Assembly: GCA_045647965.1 (NCBI GenBank)
Contig: JAZRNC010000124.1
Span: 1 to 29,635, forward strand
Reading direction: 5' to 3'
Source: Eubacteriales bacterium
GTDB lineage: Bacteria > Bacillota > Clostridia > Oscillospirales > CAG-272
DNA: 29,635 nucleotides
Shown here: positions 17,772 to 26,654 of the stretch, in pieces
Position numbering within the stretch: the first letter of the stretch is position 1
Layout of the letters: the number at the start of each line of letters is the position of its first letter
Program-made: the position numbers and the translations under genes
The notes under the pieces: generated by a model
What the model was told of the DNA's origin: nothing
Seen by the model: only the letters and a program-made list of their open reading frames with translations
Database searches by the model: none

Positions 17772-17855
17772 AATCACTCCGTTATTTTTTGTGGATTTGG
17801 GAATAGTATATCCGCTATGGCGCGAAGTGATTATGATGATTTTTTGTCAAAAAAG

Positions 17856-18305
17856 TCAGATGTTGTTTTCTTCGTTCTTTTTCGTGAAAATGGCTTTGAT
17901 TCGCTCAATGAGCTCGGGAGAGCGTTCAATGAATCCGACAACCTGCGAAACGGTATCAGCAGGTGCTGCAGCAGGAGAAGCGGCGGGCGCGTTTACGTTG
18001 AGAATGTTTACGTCTCCGTCAGCGCGTACTACAAGGAAGGCAACGGGGGTTACGGTGAGTCCGGTTCCGCCGCCACCGCCGAAATTGTTGTAAACGGGTT
18101 TGCCGTTTGTAACGGGAGCATCCTTTTTGAGGTAGTCTACACCGCCGGATGCATATCCTACGGATATCTTCGAAATGGGAATAATACAAGTACCGCTTCC
18201 TGTTTCAATCGGGTCACCAATAATGGTGTTGGCGTCCAGCATGGCGCGAATGGAATCGAGAGACGTTTTGGTAATGTCGCCAAGTTTGTTAGTATTTTCA
18301 GCCAT
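17856..18305 (-). CDS. ytfJ: Sporulation protein YtfJ (GerW family)
   Basis: ANTIIGDPI, IIPISKISVGYASGG, FGGGGGTG, PVAFLVV. Confidence 0.92.
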   Translation of the reverse strand: MAENTNKLGDITKTSLDSIRAMLDANTIIGDPIETGSGTCIIPISKISVGYASGGVDYLKKDAPVTNGKPVYNNFGGGGGTGLTVTPVAFLVVRADGDVNILNVNAPAASPAAAPADTVSQVVGFIERSPELIERIKAIFTKKNEENNI

Positions 18306-18337
18306 AAGAAACCTCCATATTTTGTATCGATTATATT

Positions 18338-19030
18338 TTATTTATTTGTTTTCTGAGATATCATCCAACCGAGAGAACGGATTCCCGTGCAAACGATGGC
18401 AAACAGACTTAATTTAAAACTAACGTCAAGAAGAAACTTTGTTTTTTCTGCCGTGAAATCGGCGGACACGAGGATATGATCCGTTTTGCGTCGGGTCATT
18501 TTTGTTTTGCAATCAAGAAATTCCACAAAACCACTGACCACGGCACACATCAGTCCATATTTTCTCGCGGTATCATCCGCATCTTTTCCCGCTACCTTTA
18601 TTTCGAGTACTTTTATTTTTGTACGGAAATTGGAGAAAAATTTTGGCAGTTCGTCGGCAACGAATTCAAGAAGTGCGAGAATCGTGGCGAGTTTATTCGT
18701 ATCCTCAGCGGGATCGGTGGAATTTGCACTTTCTTTGGCTGTGACCGCGAGTTCTTTTGCCTGTTTCTTTTTTTCGTTTTTTTGTGATTTTTTCAGTGCC
18801 TTTTTTTCGGATTTCAATCGGTCCTTTTTCAGACGTTTTTGGTGTTTTTTATATGTGAAATCGGATAATTTTATTTTCTTTTTTTTCTTTGGGGTGAGTT
18901 TTAATACAATGGGACCAAATCCCGCGCGAACGGTGAGTTCTTCTTTCAGTATGAGATAGACTTGGATACGGCACGACAAAAGGAGTACAAAAAACAGTAT
19001 AATACCGAGTAAAATATAGAGTGCGGTCAT
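18338..19030 (-). CDS. DUF2953 (YtfI-like) membrane-anchored protein
   Basis: N-terminal TM helix, DADDTARKYG motif, immediately upstream of ytfJ. Confidence 0.8.
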   Translation of the reverse strand: MTALYILLGIILFFVLLLSCRIQVYLILKEELTVRAGFGPIVLKLTPKKKKKIKLSDFTYKKHQKRLKKDRLKSEKKALKKSQKNEKKKQAKELAVTAKESANSTDPAEDTNKLATILALLEFVADELPKFFSNFRTKIKVLEIKVAGKDADDTARKYGLMCAVVSGFVEFLDCKTKMTRRKTDHILVSADFTAEKTKFLLDVSFKLSLFAIVCTGIRSLGWMISQKTNK

Positions 19031-19069
19031 TTGTCGTCCCTCCCATCGTTGTGAATTTGTGAATTTGGG

Positions 19070-19693
19070 TTATGCTTCGCTTTCCTCCATGGTTTTCGTC
19101 GAGGAAAGTTCGATCGATTCGCCGGTTGAACTCTTTAATTTTACGGTAGGCAGCTCGTCCACGGACGATAGTCCAAATACGCGGAGAAAATCGTTCGTTG
19201 TGCGGTATAGTGTGGGTTTTCCCGGTGCATCCAGTTTTCCGCAGGGTTCGATCAGATTTTTTTCCATCAGCGCGCCTACCGCATAGCTTGAGTCCACACC
19301 GCGTACGGTGTCAACGTAAATTCTGGTGGTGGGTTGATTATAGGCGATCACTGCAAGGGTTTCCATCAGAGACTGCGAGAGGTTTCCGCCTCTTTTGATG
19401 CCGAGCGCTTCTTTGATCTGGGCACCGTAGGATTCCTTTGTACAGAGCTGACAGGAATCGGGGAAACGCACAAGAATGACACCGCGCGGAAACGGGGAGT
19501 CGTTGTTATAGTCCACAGCCATTTTTTCAACGAGATCCCGGCATTCTTCCGGGGATATGTGCAGAACTTCAGCAAGACGAGCGTAGGTTAACGGATGACC
19601 TGCCGCAAACAGACAAGCTTCTATAATGGAAAAACATTCCGCAGAGGAGTAGATGATCTCGTTTTCGCTTTGGGATTGATTTGTTACGTCCAT
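19070..19693 (-). CDS. scpB: SMC-Scp complex subunit ScpB
   Basis: IEACLFAAG, ETLAVIAYNQPTTR, VRGVDSS, GKPTLYRTT..FL..FGL. Confidence 0.96.
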   Translation of the reverse strand: MDVTNQSQSENEIIYSSAECFSIIEACLFAAGHPLTYARLAEVLHISPEECRDLVEKMAVDYNNDSPFPRGVILVRFPDSCQLCTKESYGAQIKEALGIKRGGNLSQSLMETLAVIAYNQPTTRIYVDTVRGVDSSYAVGALMEKNLIEPCGKLDAPGKPTLYRTTNDFLRVFGLSSVDELPTVKLKSSTGESIELSSTKTMEESEA

Positions 19694-19737
19694 ATTGTAC
19701 CTTTAAAAATAATACTTGTTCGATGGGTTAGCAGACA

Positions 19738-20523
19738 TCAGCCAAATTGCAGGGATTCGATGGCGGCTGCGTCGATCTCGTCGTCGGTGGCAACCAGTTC
19801 CATCACGATATGATCAGCCATATTCGTAACACCGGATTCGGACAGAGTCTCTTGTTCAATGGCGATAATATGCATTTTGAGCAGTTCCAGAATGGCGATG
19901 AATTTTGCAATTCGTTCTGAGTGATTCATAGAATCAAGGAAAAATTGATCGAGAAACAGTTTTTTCGCAGAACGCAGGGAAGAAATCAGGTTTGTCATCA
20001 CGGTTTCGACCGGAATTCGCGGCGCATTGACGATTTTTTCAAACGCATCATCGCCACCCTTGTCCGCGAGTTTGGTTTCCGTCAGCACGTGTATGAGTGC
20101 GGCGCGAAGAAGTTCTGCCGAATGGTCAGCCACATACGTTTTGTCGGGCGAGATGTCATCCTGTTCTTTTATCATTCTTGATCCGTATTCGAGATACAGA
20201 TCCGCCATTTCGGCGGCGGCAAGTTTCGTGCGCTGATACTCGAGAATTGCATCTACGAGCGGTTTACGGGGGTCTTCGTCCGTTTTTGGACTCCGCGGCA
20301 GGAGCATACGGCTTTTGATGAGCATAAGTTCACTTGCCATCGAAAGAAACTCGCACGCCAGCTCGATATTATGCTTGGCGGCAGTATGGATGTAATCCAT
20401 ATACTGTGCGCAGATTTTGTCAATGGGGATATCGTCAATTTTGAATTTGTTTTTTTCAACGAGGGTCAACAGCAGTTCAAGAGGCCCTTCGAACAATTCA
20501 AATTTATACTGAATACTTTCCAT
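19738..20523 (-). CDS. scpA: Segregation/condensation protein ScpA (kleisin)
   Basis: FEGPLELLL, FLSMASELMLIKSRMLLP, FIAILELLK. Confidence 0.95.
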   Translation of the reverse strand: MESIQYKFELFEGPLELLLTLVEKNKFKIDDIPIDKICAQYMDYIHTAAKHNIELACEFLSMASELMLIKSRMLLPRSPKTDEDPRKPLVDAILEYQRTKLAAAEMADLYLEYGSRMIKEQDDISPDKTYVADHSAELLRAALIHVLTETKLADKGGDDAFEKIVNAPRIPVETVMTNLISSLRSAKKLFLDQFFLDSMNHSERIAKFIAILELLKMHIIAIEQETLSESGVTNMADHIVMELVATDDEIDAAAIESLQFG

Positions 20524-20527
20524 AATA

Positions 20528-21199
20528 TCATAAGAACGGTAAAAGCTGAATGAGCTTTACCATAAGCGTTGAAATGAATGTGACGGCGTGGGAAAGGGGC
20601 GTGGTGAGAAATCCGGTGAGAAGAAGAACGGTCAGTACAAGCTGGATATACCGTTCGTACTTCATAATACCAAAATAGAATTTCGGCGGTAAAAAAACGT
20701 AGAAGATCCGCGAACCGTCGAGTGGGCGAAGGGGGATCAGATTGAATAGTCCAAGGGACAAATTCAGCGTGTGGAAGTAGGCAAGCAACGTGATCAGCGC
20801 ATACTGCAGGTAGTAAACGAACGAGGTGGTTGCCGGATACGCGATGAAAATGGTAATGAAGATCTGATGAAGGAGCGCACCGATAAAAGCGAGCAGGAAA
20901 TTGGAAATCGGACCTGCCGCTGCGGTGAGAGCCATATCCCGTCGCGGATTTTTAAAATATCTGCTGTTGATCGGAACGGGTCTTGCCCAACCGAAATGGA
21001 AAAAGATCATACAGATCGTTCCCATCGGATCGAGATGTTTCAGGGGATTCAGCGTCAATCTTCCGAGATTTCTTGCGGTAAGATCGCCGAGTTTATAAGC
21101 CATATATCCGTGGGCAACCTCGTGCACCGTCAGTGCGAGAAGAACACACGGGATAACGAACAAAAATTCAATGATTTGCGAAGTTAAATTTCCGAGCAC
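20528..21199 (-). CDS. Site-2 protease family (M50) zinc metalloprotease
   Basis: HEVAH (HExxH), GRLTLNPLKH, FGWARPV, AAAGPISN, NLIPLRPLDG. GTG start with GGAGG RBS. Confidence 0.93.
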   Translation of the reverse strand: MLGNLTSQIIEFLFVIPCVLLALTVHEVAHGYMAYKLGDLTARNLGRLTLNPLKHLDPMGTICMIFFHFGWARPVPINSRYFKNPRRDMALTAAAGPISNFLLAFIGALLHQIFITIFIAYPATTSFVYYLQYALITLLAYFHTLNLSLGLFNLIPLRPLDGSRIFYVFLPPKFYFGIMKYERYIQLVLTVLLLTGFLTTPLSHAVTFISTLMVKLIQLLPFL

Positions 21200-21229
21200 A
21201 AAGTACCTCCAAAAAGTAGAGCCGCAAAC

Positions 21230-22528
21230 TTATTCATCGAGGGCAATAATATCGTCGAACGTTTCACGGCGAACCGCAATTTTTGATGTTCCACCCGAAA
21301 TTTCAATGATCGGAGGACGGGGAAGGCGGTTATAGTTCGATGCCATAGAATGGTTGTATGCGCCGGTAACGAGAACGGCAATAATATCGCCGCGAACGGG
21401 CTTTGCCAGCGAGATTCCTTCAGCCAAAAGGTCCCCGCTTTCACAGCAACGGCCGGCTACGGTACATTCGAAATCGGCGGGGGCAGCAGCTTTTGTGGCG
21501 TTCAGGATCGTATAGCGGGACTGGTATAACGTATATCGCGGGTTGTCGGGCATACCGCCGTCCACGGATACGTAATTTCTGAATCCGTTCACTGTTTTTA
21601 CTGATCCGCAGGTGTAGAGAGTAGAGCCTGCCGCGGCAACAATGGAACGACCCGGTTCCATACCGATGATGGGACGGGGGATACAGTAGTCTTTGCACAT
21701 ATTGTTAATGACATCGCTGAGCGCTTTGATGTTTTCTTCGTAATCGATCACGGGATCGTCTTCCGTATAGCGAACGCCGAATCCACCACCGAGGTTGAGC
21801 ATATTCGCAGTATATCCGTATTCGCCGCGGATTTTTGCAATAAACGCAAGCATAATGTCAGCGGCTTCCGTGAAAGGCGCGATATCAAATATCTGAGAAC
21901 CGACGTGACAGTGGAAACCGTCAAGTACGATGTTCGGACAAGCGAGAGCGGTGCGGACAAACTCAAACGCCTGTCCCGTCATAATTGCCATTCCGAATTT
22001 GGAGTCCACGTTGCCCGTGATGATCTTCTGGTGCGTGTGCGGATCGATACCGGGCGTAATGCGAAGAAGTACTGTTTGCTTTACACCGATCTCTCCGGCA
22101 ATGCGGTCGAGGGCGTAGAGCTCGTCCATACCGTCAACGACGATATGACCCACACCAAGATTGACGGCGTATGTGAGATCGGCATCGGTTTTGTTGTTTC
22201 CGTGGAAGAAAACTTTTTCCATTGGGAATCCCGCTTTGAGTATTGTGTGCAGTTCTCCGGAGGAAACACAGTCGGCGCTGAGTCCTTCTTCGGCGATCAG
22301 ACGGTAGATTCCCTTGTAGCAAAGTGCTTTGCCCGCGTAGATCGGGGTAGAACCCTCGCCAAAATAGCGCTTGAAAGCCTCTTTGTATGTGCGGCATACG
22401 CTGCGTACGGCGTCCGTGTCGAGAATATAGGCAGGAGTGCCGTATTTGTTTGCAAGATCCAAAGCATCGATTCCGCCGATCGTAAGGTGACCGGCATCGT
22501 TGACATCGTATATATCGTGTAAAATCAT
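21230..22528 (-). CDS. lysA: Diaminopimelate decarboxylase
   Basis: YGTPAY, PLP lysine YAGKA, FHGNNK, SKFG, HCHVGSQ, LGGGFG, EPGRSIV, GRCCESGD, TGAYNHSM. Confidence 0.95.
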   Translation of the reverse strand: MILHDIYDVNDAGHLTIGGIDALDLANKYGTPAYILDTDAVRSVCRTYKEAFKRYFGEGSTPIYAGKALCYKGIYRLIAEEGLSADCVSSGELHTILKAGFPMEKVFFHGNNKTDADLTYAVNLGVGHIVVDGMDELYALDRIAGEIGVKQTVLLRITPGIDPHTHQKIITGNVDSKFGMAIMTGQAFEFVRTALACPNIVLDGFHCHVGSQIFDIAPFTEAADIMLAFIAKIRGEYGYTANMLNLGGGFGVRYTEDDPVIDYEENIKALSDVINNMCKDYCIPRPIIGMEPGRSIVAAAGSTLYTCGSVKTVNGFRNYVSVDGGMPDNPRYTLYQSRYTILNATKAAAPADFECTVAGRCCESGDLLAEGISLAKPVRGDIIAVLVTGAYNHSMASNYNRLPRPPIIEISGGTSKIAVRRETFDDIIALDE

Positions 22529-22544
22529 TTATAATTCTCCCGGT

Positions 22545-23144
22545 TTACAGATTACAGGATTTGGTGACGTGCTGCCACAACTCCGTACGTCCCAGATTGG
22601 TTTTTGAGGAATACAGAACGAGCGGTAGATCGGCGGTCAACTCGTCGTCGGCGATGATACGGAGAAATTCATTCTTTTCGCCGGCGTTCAGTTTGTCCAC
22701 CTTCGTGGCAACGAGAATATGCGGCATACCGACCTCACGAAGATACATAAGCATATTGTAGTCGTCTTCCGTCGGGCCGATACGGCTGTCAACGAGCTGA
22801 CAGACAAGCTTAACGGCATCAATATTGGGGTTGTTTGTGAAATACCCATCCGTCAGCGCGGACCATTTTTTCTTATCTTCAAAGGTTCGTTTGGCGTACC
22901 CATATCCGGGCAGGTCAACGAAATAGAGGTGGCGGTCAATATCGTAGAAATTGATCGTGATAGTTTTTCCGGGTTCTCCGCTGACTCTTGCGAGACTTTT
23001 TCGGTTGAGGAGGGAGTTGATGAGAGAACTTTTTCCAACATTTGAGCGGCCGGAAAAGGCAACTTGCGGGATTCTGTCAGCAGGAAATTGCTTCGAGAGT
23101 CCGGCTGAAATTTTGAGGGATGCTTGATTGAGGTTCAGTTTCAT
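22545..23144 (-). CDS. ysxC: Ribosome biogenesis GTPase YsxC/YihA (EngB)
   Basis: GRSNVGKSS, PGKT, DLPGYG, TKVDK. The ATG directly abuts the lon stop. Confidence 0.96.
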   Translation of the reverse strand: MKLNLNQASLKISAGLSKQFPADRIPQVAFSGRSNVGKSSLINSLLNRKSLARVSGEPGKTITINFYDIDRHLYFVDLPGYGYAKRTFEDKKKWSALTDGYFTNNPNIDAVKLVCQLVDSRIGPTEDDYNMLMYLREVGMPHILVATKVDKLNAGEKNEFLRIIADDELTADLPLVLYSSKTNLGRTELWQHVTKSCNL

Positions 23145-25583
23145 TTATACATTCCCATATACGCGGTCCGTTGCTTGTGCAGTGCAAAGAACCGGCGTTA
23201 TTTCTTCCGTATCGTTTTTGTTAGGGTCTTCTATGGTATCAACGCATTCGGTCGTATTTCTGACAAGAGCATTTTTCAGAACGTCATCCACGGTGTCGCA
23301 GGGAATGAACGTAACTTCTTCAATTACGTTTTTGTCGAGTTCTGCAATATCCCGTACGTTATCACGGGGAATGAGAATGGTTCGAATTCCCATGGAATAA
23401 GCCGCGGTGGATTTTTCACGCAGACCGCCGATGGCAAGTACGCGTCCCGTCAAGGTGATCTCCCCGGTCATAGCCACGTCACGGCGTACCGGAATTCCGG
23501 ATAGTGCGCTGACGAGGGAGGTGGTGAGGGTAACACCGGCGCTGGGACCGTCTTTCGGCACGGCGCCTTCGGGTACGTGAATATGTAAATCTTTGGTTTT
23601 GTAGAAATCAGCAGGAATACCGAACTCATCACAGTGCGCGCGAATGTAGGTGACGGCGATGCGTGCAGATTCCTTCATCACGTCGCCAAGCGTACCGGTC
23701 AGCTCGATTTTGCCGTTTCCTTCCACGAAAACTGCTTCGACTTTGAGCAGATCTCCGCCCACTTCGGTGTATGCAAGACCGTTTGTAACACCGACGAGGT
23801 CAGTTTTGGCTAGGGCGTCGTCGATGATCTTTCTCGGGCCGAGGTATTTCGCAAGGTCTTGTGCAGAGACGGTTAAGGTCTTGCACTGCTCTTCCACGAT
23901 GATCTTTGCCGCTTTTCGACAGAGAGAGGCGATTTCGCGTTCGAGATTACGGACACCCGACTCTCTCGTATAGCCGGCGATGATCTCACGCATGGCATCA
24001 TCGGAAACTTTCAGCATTTTGCGATTCAGTCCATGACGCTTGAGCTGTTTCGGGAGAAGGTGATTCGTGGCGATGGCAAGTTTTTCAGAAGGTGTGTACG
24101 TGTGAAGCTCGATGATCTCCATACGGTCGAGGAGGGGGCGCGGGATCGTATCGAGCGTGTTGGCGGTAGCGATAAACATACAGTCGGACAGATCCACGGG
24201 AAGTTCGATGAAATGATCGCGGAACGACTTGTTTTGTTCACCGTCAAGCACTTCAAGCAGTGCGGACGAGGGGTCTCCGTGAGCATCGCGGCACATTTTA
24301 TCCACTTCGTCGAGAAGCATCACGGGATTGAGTGAGCCGCACTGGGTAAGCGCGGTAATAATGCGTCCCGGCATAGAACCCACATACGTTTTTCGGTGAC
24401 CGCGGATATCGGATTCATCGCGAATACCACCGAGAGAAACGCGAACGTATTTGCGTTTCATCGCACGGGCAATGGAAGCGCCGAGAGAGGTTTTTCCGAC
24501 TCCGGGCGGGCCGACGAAACAGATGATCTGGTTTTTTAGATCGGGATTCAGCTGTTTTACCGCAAGGTATTCGAGGATACGATCCTTGATTTTTTCAAGA
24601 CCGTCGTGATCGGCATTCAAAATACGGCGCGCGGTGTCGATATCCACGCGGTCGCGTGTTTTTTTGTTCCACGGGATGTCAAGACAGATTTCGATATAGT
24701 TTCGGAGGACGGCGGCTTCCGGAGAACCCTGAGGTGTTTTGGAAAGCTTGCCGATCTCTTTTTCAAGCTTTGCCCGTACTTCTTCCGGCAGCTTGAGAGC
24801 GTTCATTTTCTTTGTAAATTCATCGGAATCGTCATCCATACCGAGTTCGTTTTCAATCGCTTTGAGCTGCTCGCGGAGATAATAGTCGCGCTGATTTTCG
24901 TCTACGGCTTTTTTAACTTTACGCTGAATGTCAAGTTCGGTTTTTAGAAGCTTGATTTCGTTTTCCATCAGAACGATGGATTTTTCGGCGCGTTTCATTG
25001 GATCGAACACCGACAAAATCTCCGCCTTGTCCTGATAACGAACGAATACGCCGGAAGCAATAAAATCGGCAAGAAGACCAGGGTTGGTGATGGAGTTTGC
25101 AGTCACGAGAAAATCGTCCGAGAAAGAGGGGAGGTAACGAAGCATTTCGTCAAGTGTGTTCATCATTTCCTGGATGATAGCTTCCGAGCGTATGTCCCCG
25201 CCGGAAAAATCTCCCGTGATGGTTTTTGACATAATATCCGCGACGAAATATCCTTTTTCCTTACGGAGGGAGAGGAGCGTGCCGCGGCAAAGTCCTTCGG
25301 CGACGATGCGGATGTTTCCGCCCTGAGGCTTTTTCAGAGTCTGTTTGATTTTTGCAACGCATCCGACGGAATATAAATCATCCGCTTCGGGGGATTCAGT
25401 CTGAATGTTTTTCTGTGTGAGAAGAAAAACAAGCATATCTTTTTCGCACGCGGCGTTGCAGGCGTTTTTGGAAATTTCGCGTTCGAGTTCAAAATTTATC
25501 GGAATTGCCGGGAAAGAAACGATTCCTCTGAGCGGGATTACCGGCAAAGTTAACTTTTCGGCTTTTTCTATATATCTGGGCAT
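23145..25583 (-). CDS. lon: ATP-dependent protease La (LonA)
   Basis: LPVIPLRG N-domain, Walker A GPPGVGKTS, Walker B LLDEVDK, catalytic PKDGPSAG and GGLREK. Confidence 0.97.
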   Translation of the reverse strand: MPRYIEKAEKLTLPVIPLRGIVSFPAIPINFELEREISKNACNAACEKDMLVFLLTQKNIQTESPEADDLYSVGCVAKIKQTLKKPQGGNIRIVAEGLCRGTLLSLRKEKGYFVADIMSKTITGDFSGGDIRSEAIIQEMMNTLDEMLRYLPSFSDDFLVTANSITNPGLLADFIASGVFVRYQDKAEILSVFDPMKRAEKSIVLMENEIKLLKTELDIQRKVKKAVDENQRDYYLREQLKAIENELGMDDDSDEFTKKMNALKLPEEVRAKLEKEIGKLSKTPQGSPEAAVLRNYIEICLDIPWNKKTRDRVDIDTARRILNADHDGLEKIKDRILEYLAVKQLNPDLKNQIICFVGPPGVGKTSLGASIARAMKRKYVRVSLGGIRDESDIRGHRKTYVGSMPGRIITALTQCGSLNPVMLLDEVDKMCRDAHGDPSSALLEVLDGEQNKSFRDHFIELPVDLSDCMFIATANTLDTIPRPLLDRMEIIELHTYTPSEKLAIATNHLLPKQLKRHGLNRKMLKVSDDAMREIIAGYTRESGVRNLEREIASLCRKAAKIIVEEQCKTLTVSAQDLAKYLGPRKIIDDALAKTDLVGVTNGLAYTEVGGDLLKVEAVFVEGNGKIELTGTLGDVMKESARIAVTYIRAHCDEFGIPADFYKTKDLHIHVPEGAVPKDGPSAGVTLTTSLVSALSGIPVRRDVAMTGEITLTGRVLAIGGLREKSTAAYSMGIRTILIPRDNVRDIAELDKNVIEEVTFIPCDTVDDVLKNALVRNTTECVDTIEDPNKNDTEEITPVLCTAQATDRVYGNV

Positions 25584-25646
25584 TATTTTCTACCTTTCTG
25601 GGGGATGGGGTTACGTTAAATTGGTAAGTATAAATATACAATATAC

Positions 25647-25655
25647 ATTATACCA
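25647..25655 (-). promoter_or_regulatory. Extended -10 promoter for the lon run
   Basis: Minus strand TG-G-TATAAT about 65 nt upstream of the lon ATG; the -35 is poor (TGGATT). Confidence 0.5.
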
Positions 25656-25818
25656 TAAAACAAATCGTAAATCCACACCTAATTATGAATATTTATAATT
25701 TTTTATATTATGCTGATTTATGAAACGCAAAGCGGGGATGAGTTAGGCAGGATTATCATTATATGGAAGATATGGAAGGTATTTCTGAAAATGTTGCGGT
25801 GGAATTTATAAAAAAACA

Positions 25819-25848
25819 TTGACTTTTGCGGAGTGGATAAGTTAAAAT
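25819..25848 (+). promoter_or_regulatory. sigma-A-type promoter for GNAT-rqcH-HAD
   Basis: TTGACT (25819-25824), 18-nt spacer, TAAAAT (25843-25848). RBS GGAGG precedes ATG 25884. Confidence 0.65.
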
Positions 25849-25883
25849 AGATTAAAACAATCTAAACAGAACTCGGAGGAAGT

Positions 25884-26636
25884 ATGGTCAGAGCAGAAGA
25901 TCGCGCACTCGAAGATGAAGTTATTTCGACGGGATATCATATTGCGCTGCCGTTTGAATTGTTCTATTTCGTAAAAGATAAAACGACGGATATTTTATCC
26001 TATTCTTTTTTTCTTGAGCAGTCGAAGGAGTTTGATGAAAAATTCGGTGCGGATCCGTTTACGGCAGAAGCCAAGCAGTTTTTGTACGATAAACTGACAC
26101 CAATTATGACGGCGCTCGAATACGACGTGACGGAGGCTGCCGAAATTGTTCATCTGGAATACCGTGCAAAAAACGGAACGGTGGATATGACAAAGGTTTT
26201 GCCGGAATGCGAGCTTATTGACACGCTGGATGGAGAAACGTGGGACAATATTCCCCTTGGGGAATTTGAAATGGATATCGATGATCCGAGAGATCGTATG
26301 ACCGTGATCCGCGACGGTGGAAAAGTCGTTTGTTTTGCGGGACTCAACGATATTTGTGACGACGACGGTCTATATGAACTGACCGTAGAGTGCGAAGAAG
26401 AATATCGTCGTCGCGGCTATGCGGCATCGTGTGTGGCGCTGCTTGCTAGTCACCTCCTTTCGCTTGGCGAACAGGTGAAGTATATTTGCTACGAAGATAA
26501 CGTTGCGTCGGCAAGAACGGCGGAGGCGGCGGGCTTGGAACTGTATTCCAAATGTTTGCCGTTCGTATGTATGAAGATCCGTGACGAAGACGACGAAGCG
26601 GAATACGATGAAGAGAACGAAGAAAACGAAGAGTGA
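25884..26636 (+). CDS. GNAT family N-acetyltransferase, strongly acidic
   Basis: Acetyl-CoA motif A (VECEEEYRRRGYA) and motif B (DNVASARTAEAAG); Asp/Glu-rich tail. Confidence 0.88.
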   Translation: MVRAEDRALEDEVISTGYHIALPFELFYFVKDKTTDILSYSFFLEQSKEFDEKFGADPFTAEAKQFLYDKLTPIMTALEYDVTEAAEIVHLEYRAKNGTVDMTKVLPECELIDTLDGETWDNIPLGEFEMDIDDPRDRMTVIRDGGKVVCFAGLNDICDDDGLYELTVECEEEYRRRGYAASCVALLASHLLSLGEQVKYICYEDNVASARTAEAAGLELYSKCLPFVCMKIRDEDDEAEYDEENEENEE

Positions 26637-26654
26637 TTAAGAGGGTAGAGAAGC

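Noticed and set aside
17790-17850. Sporulation sigma-factor promoter upstream of the carboxypeptidase (GGATATACTA resembles a sigma-F -10)
   Set aside because: No matching -35 at the required spacing for sigma-F, sigma-G or sigma-E.
19709-19722. SOS-like CGAACAAGTATTAT upstream of scpB (minus strand)
   Set aside because: The right half-site is ATTA rather than GTTY, and no associated promoter was found.
22529-22544. Lysine riboswitch ahead of lysA
   Set aside because: The intergenic gap is only 16 nt.
25763-25822. 19-aa ORF MEDMEGISENVAVEFIKKH with a 9-bp tandem ATATGGAAG
   Set aside because: Weak RBS, stop inside the downstream -35, no independent support.
25584-25883. CIRCE or CtsR heat-shock operators upstream of lon
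   Set aside because: Neither TTAGCACTC-N9-GAGTGCTAA nor tandem GGTCAAA was seen.
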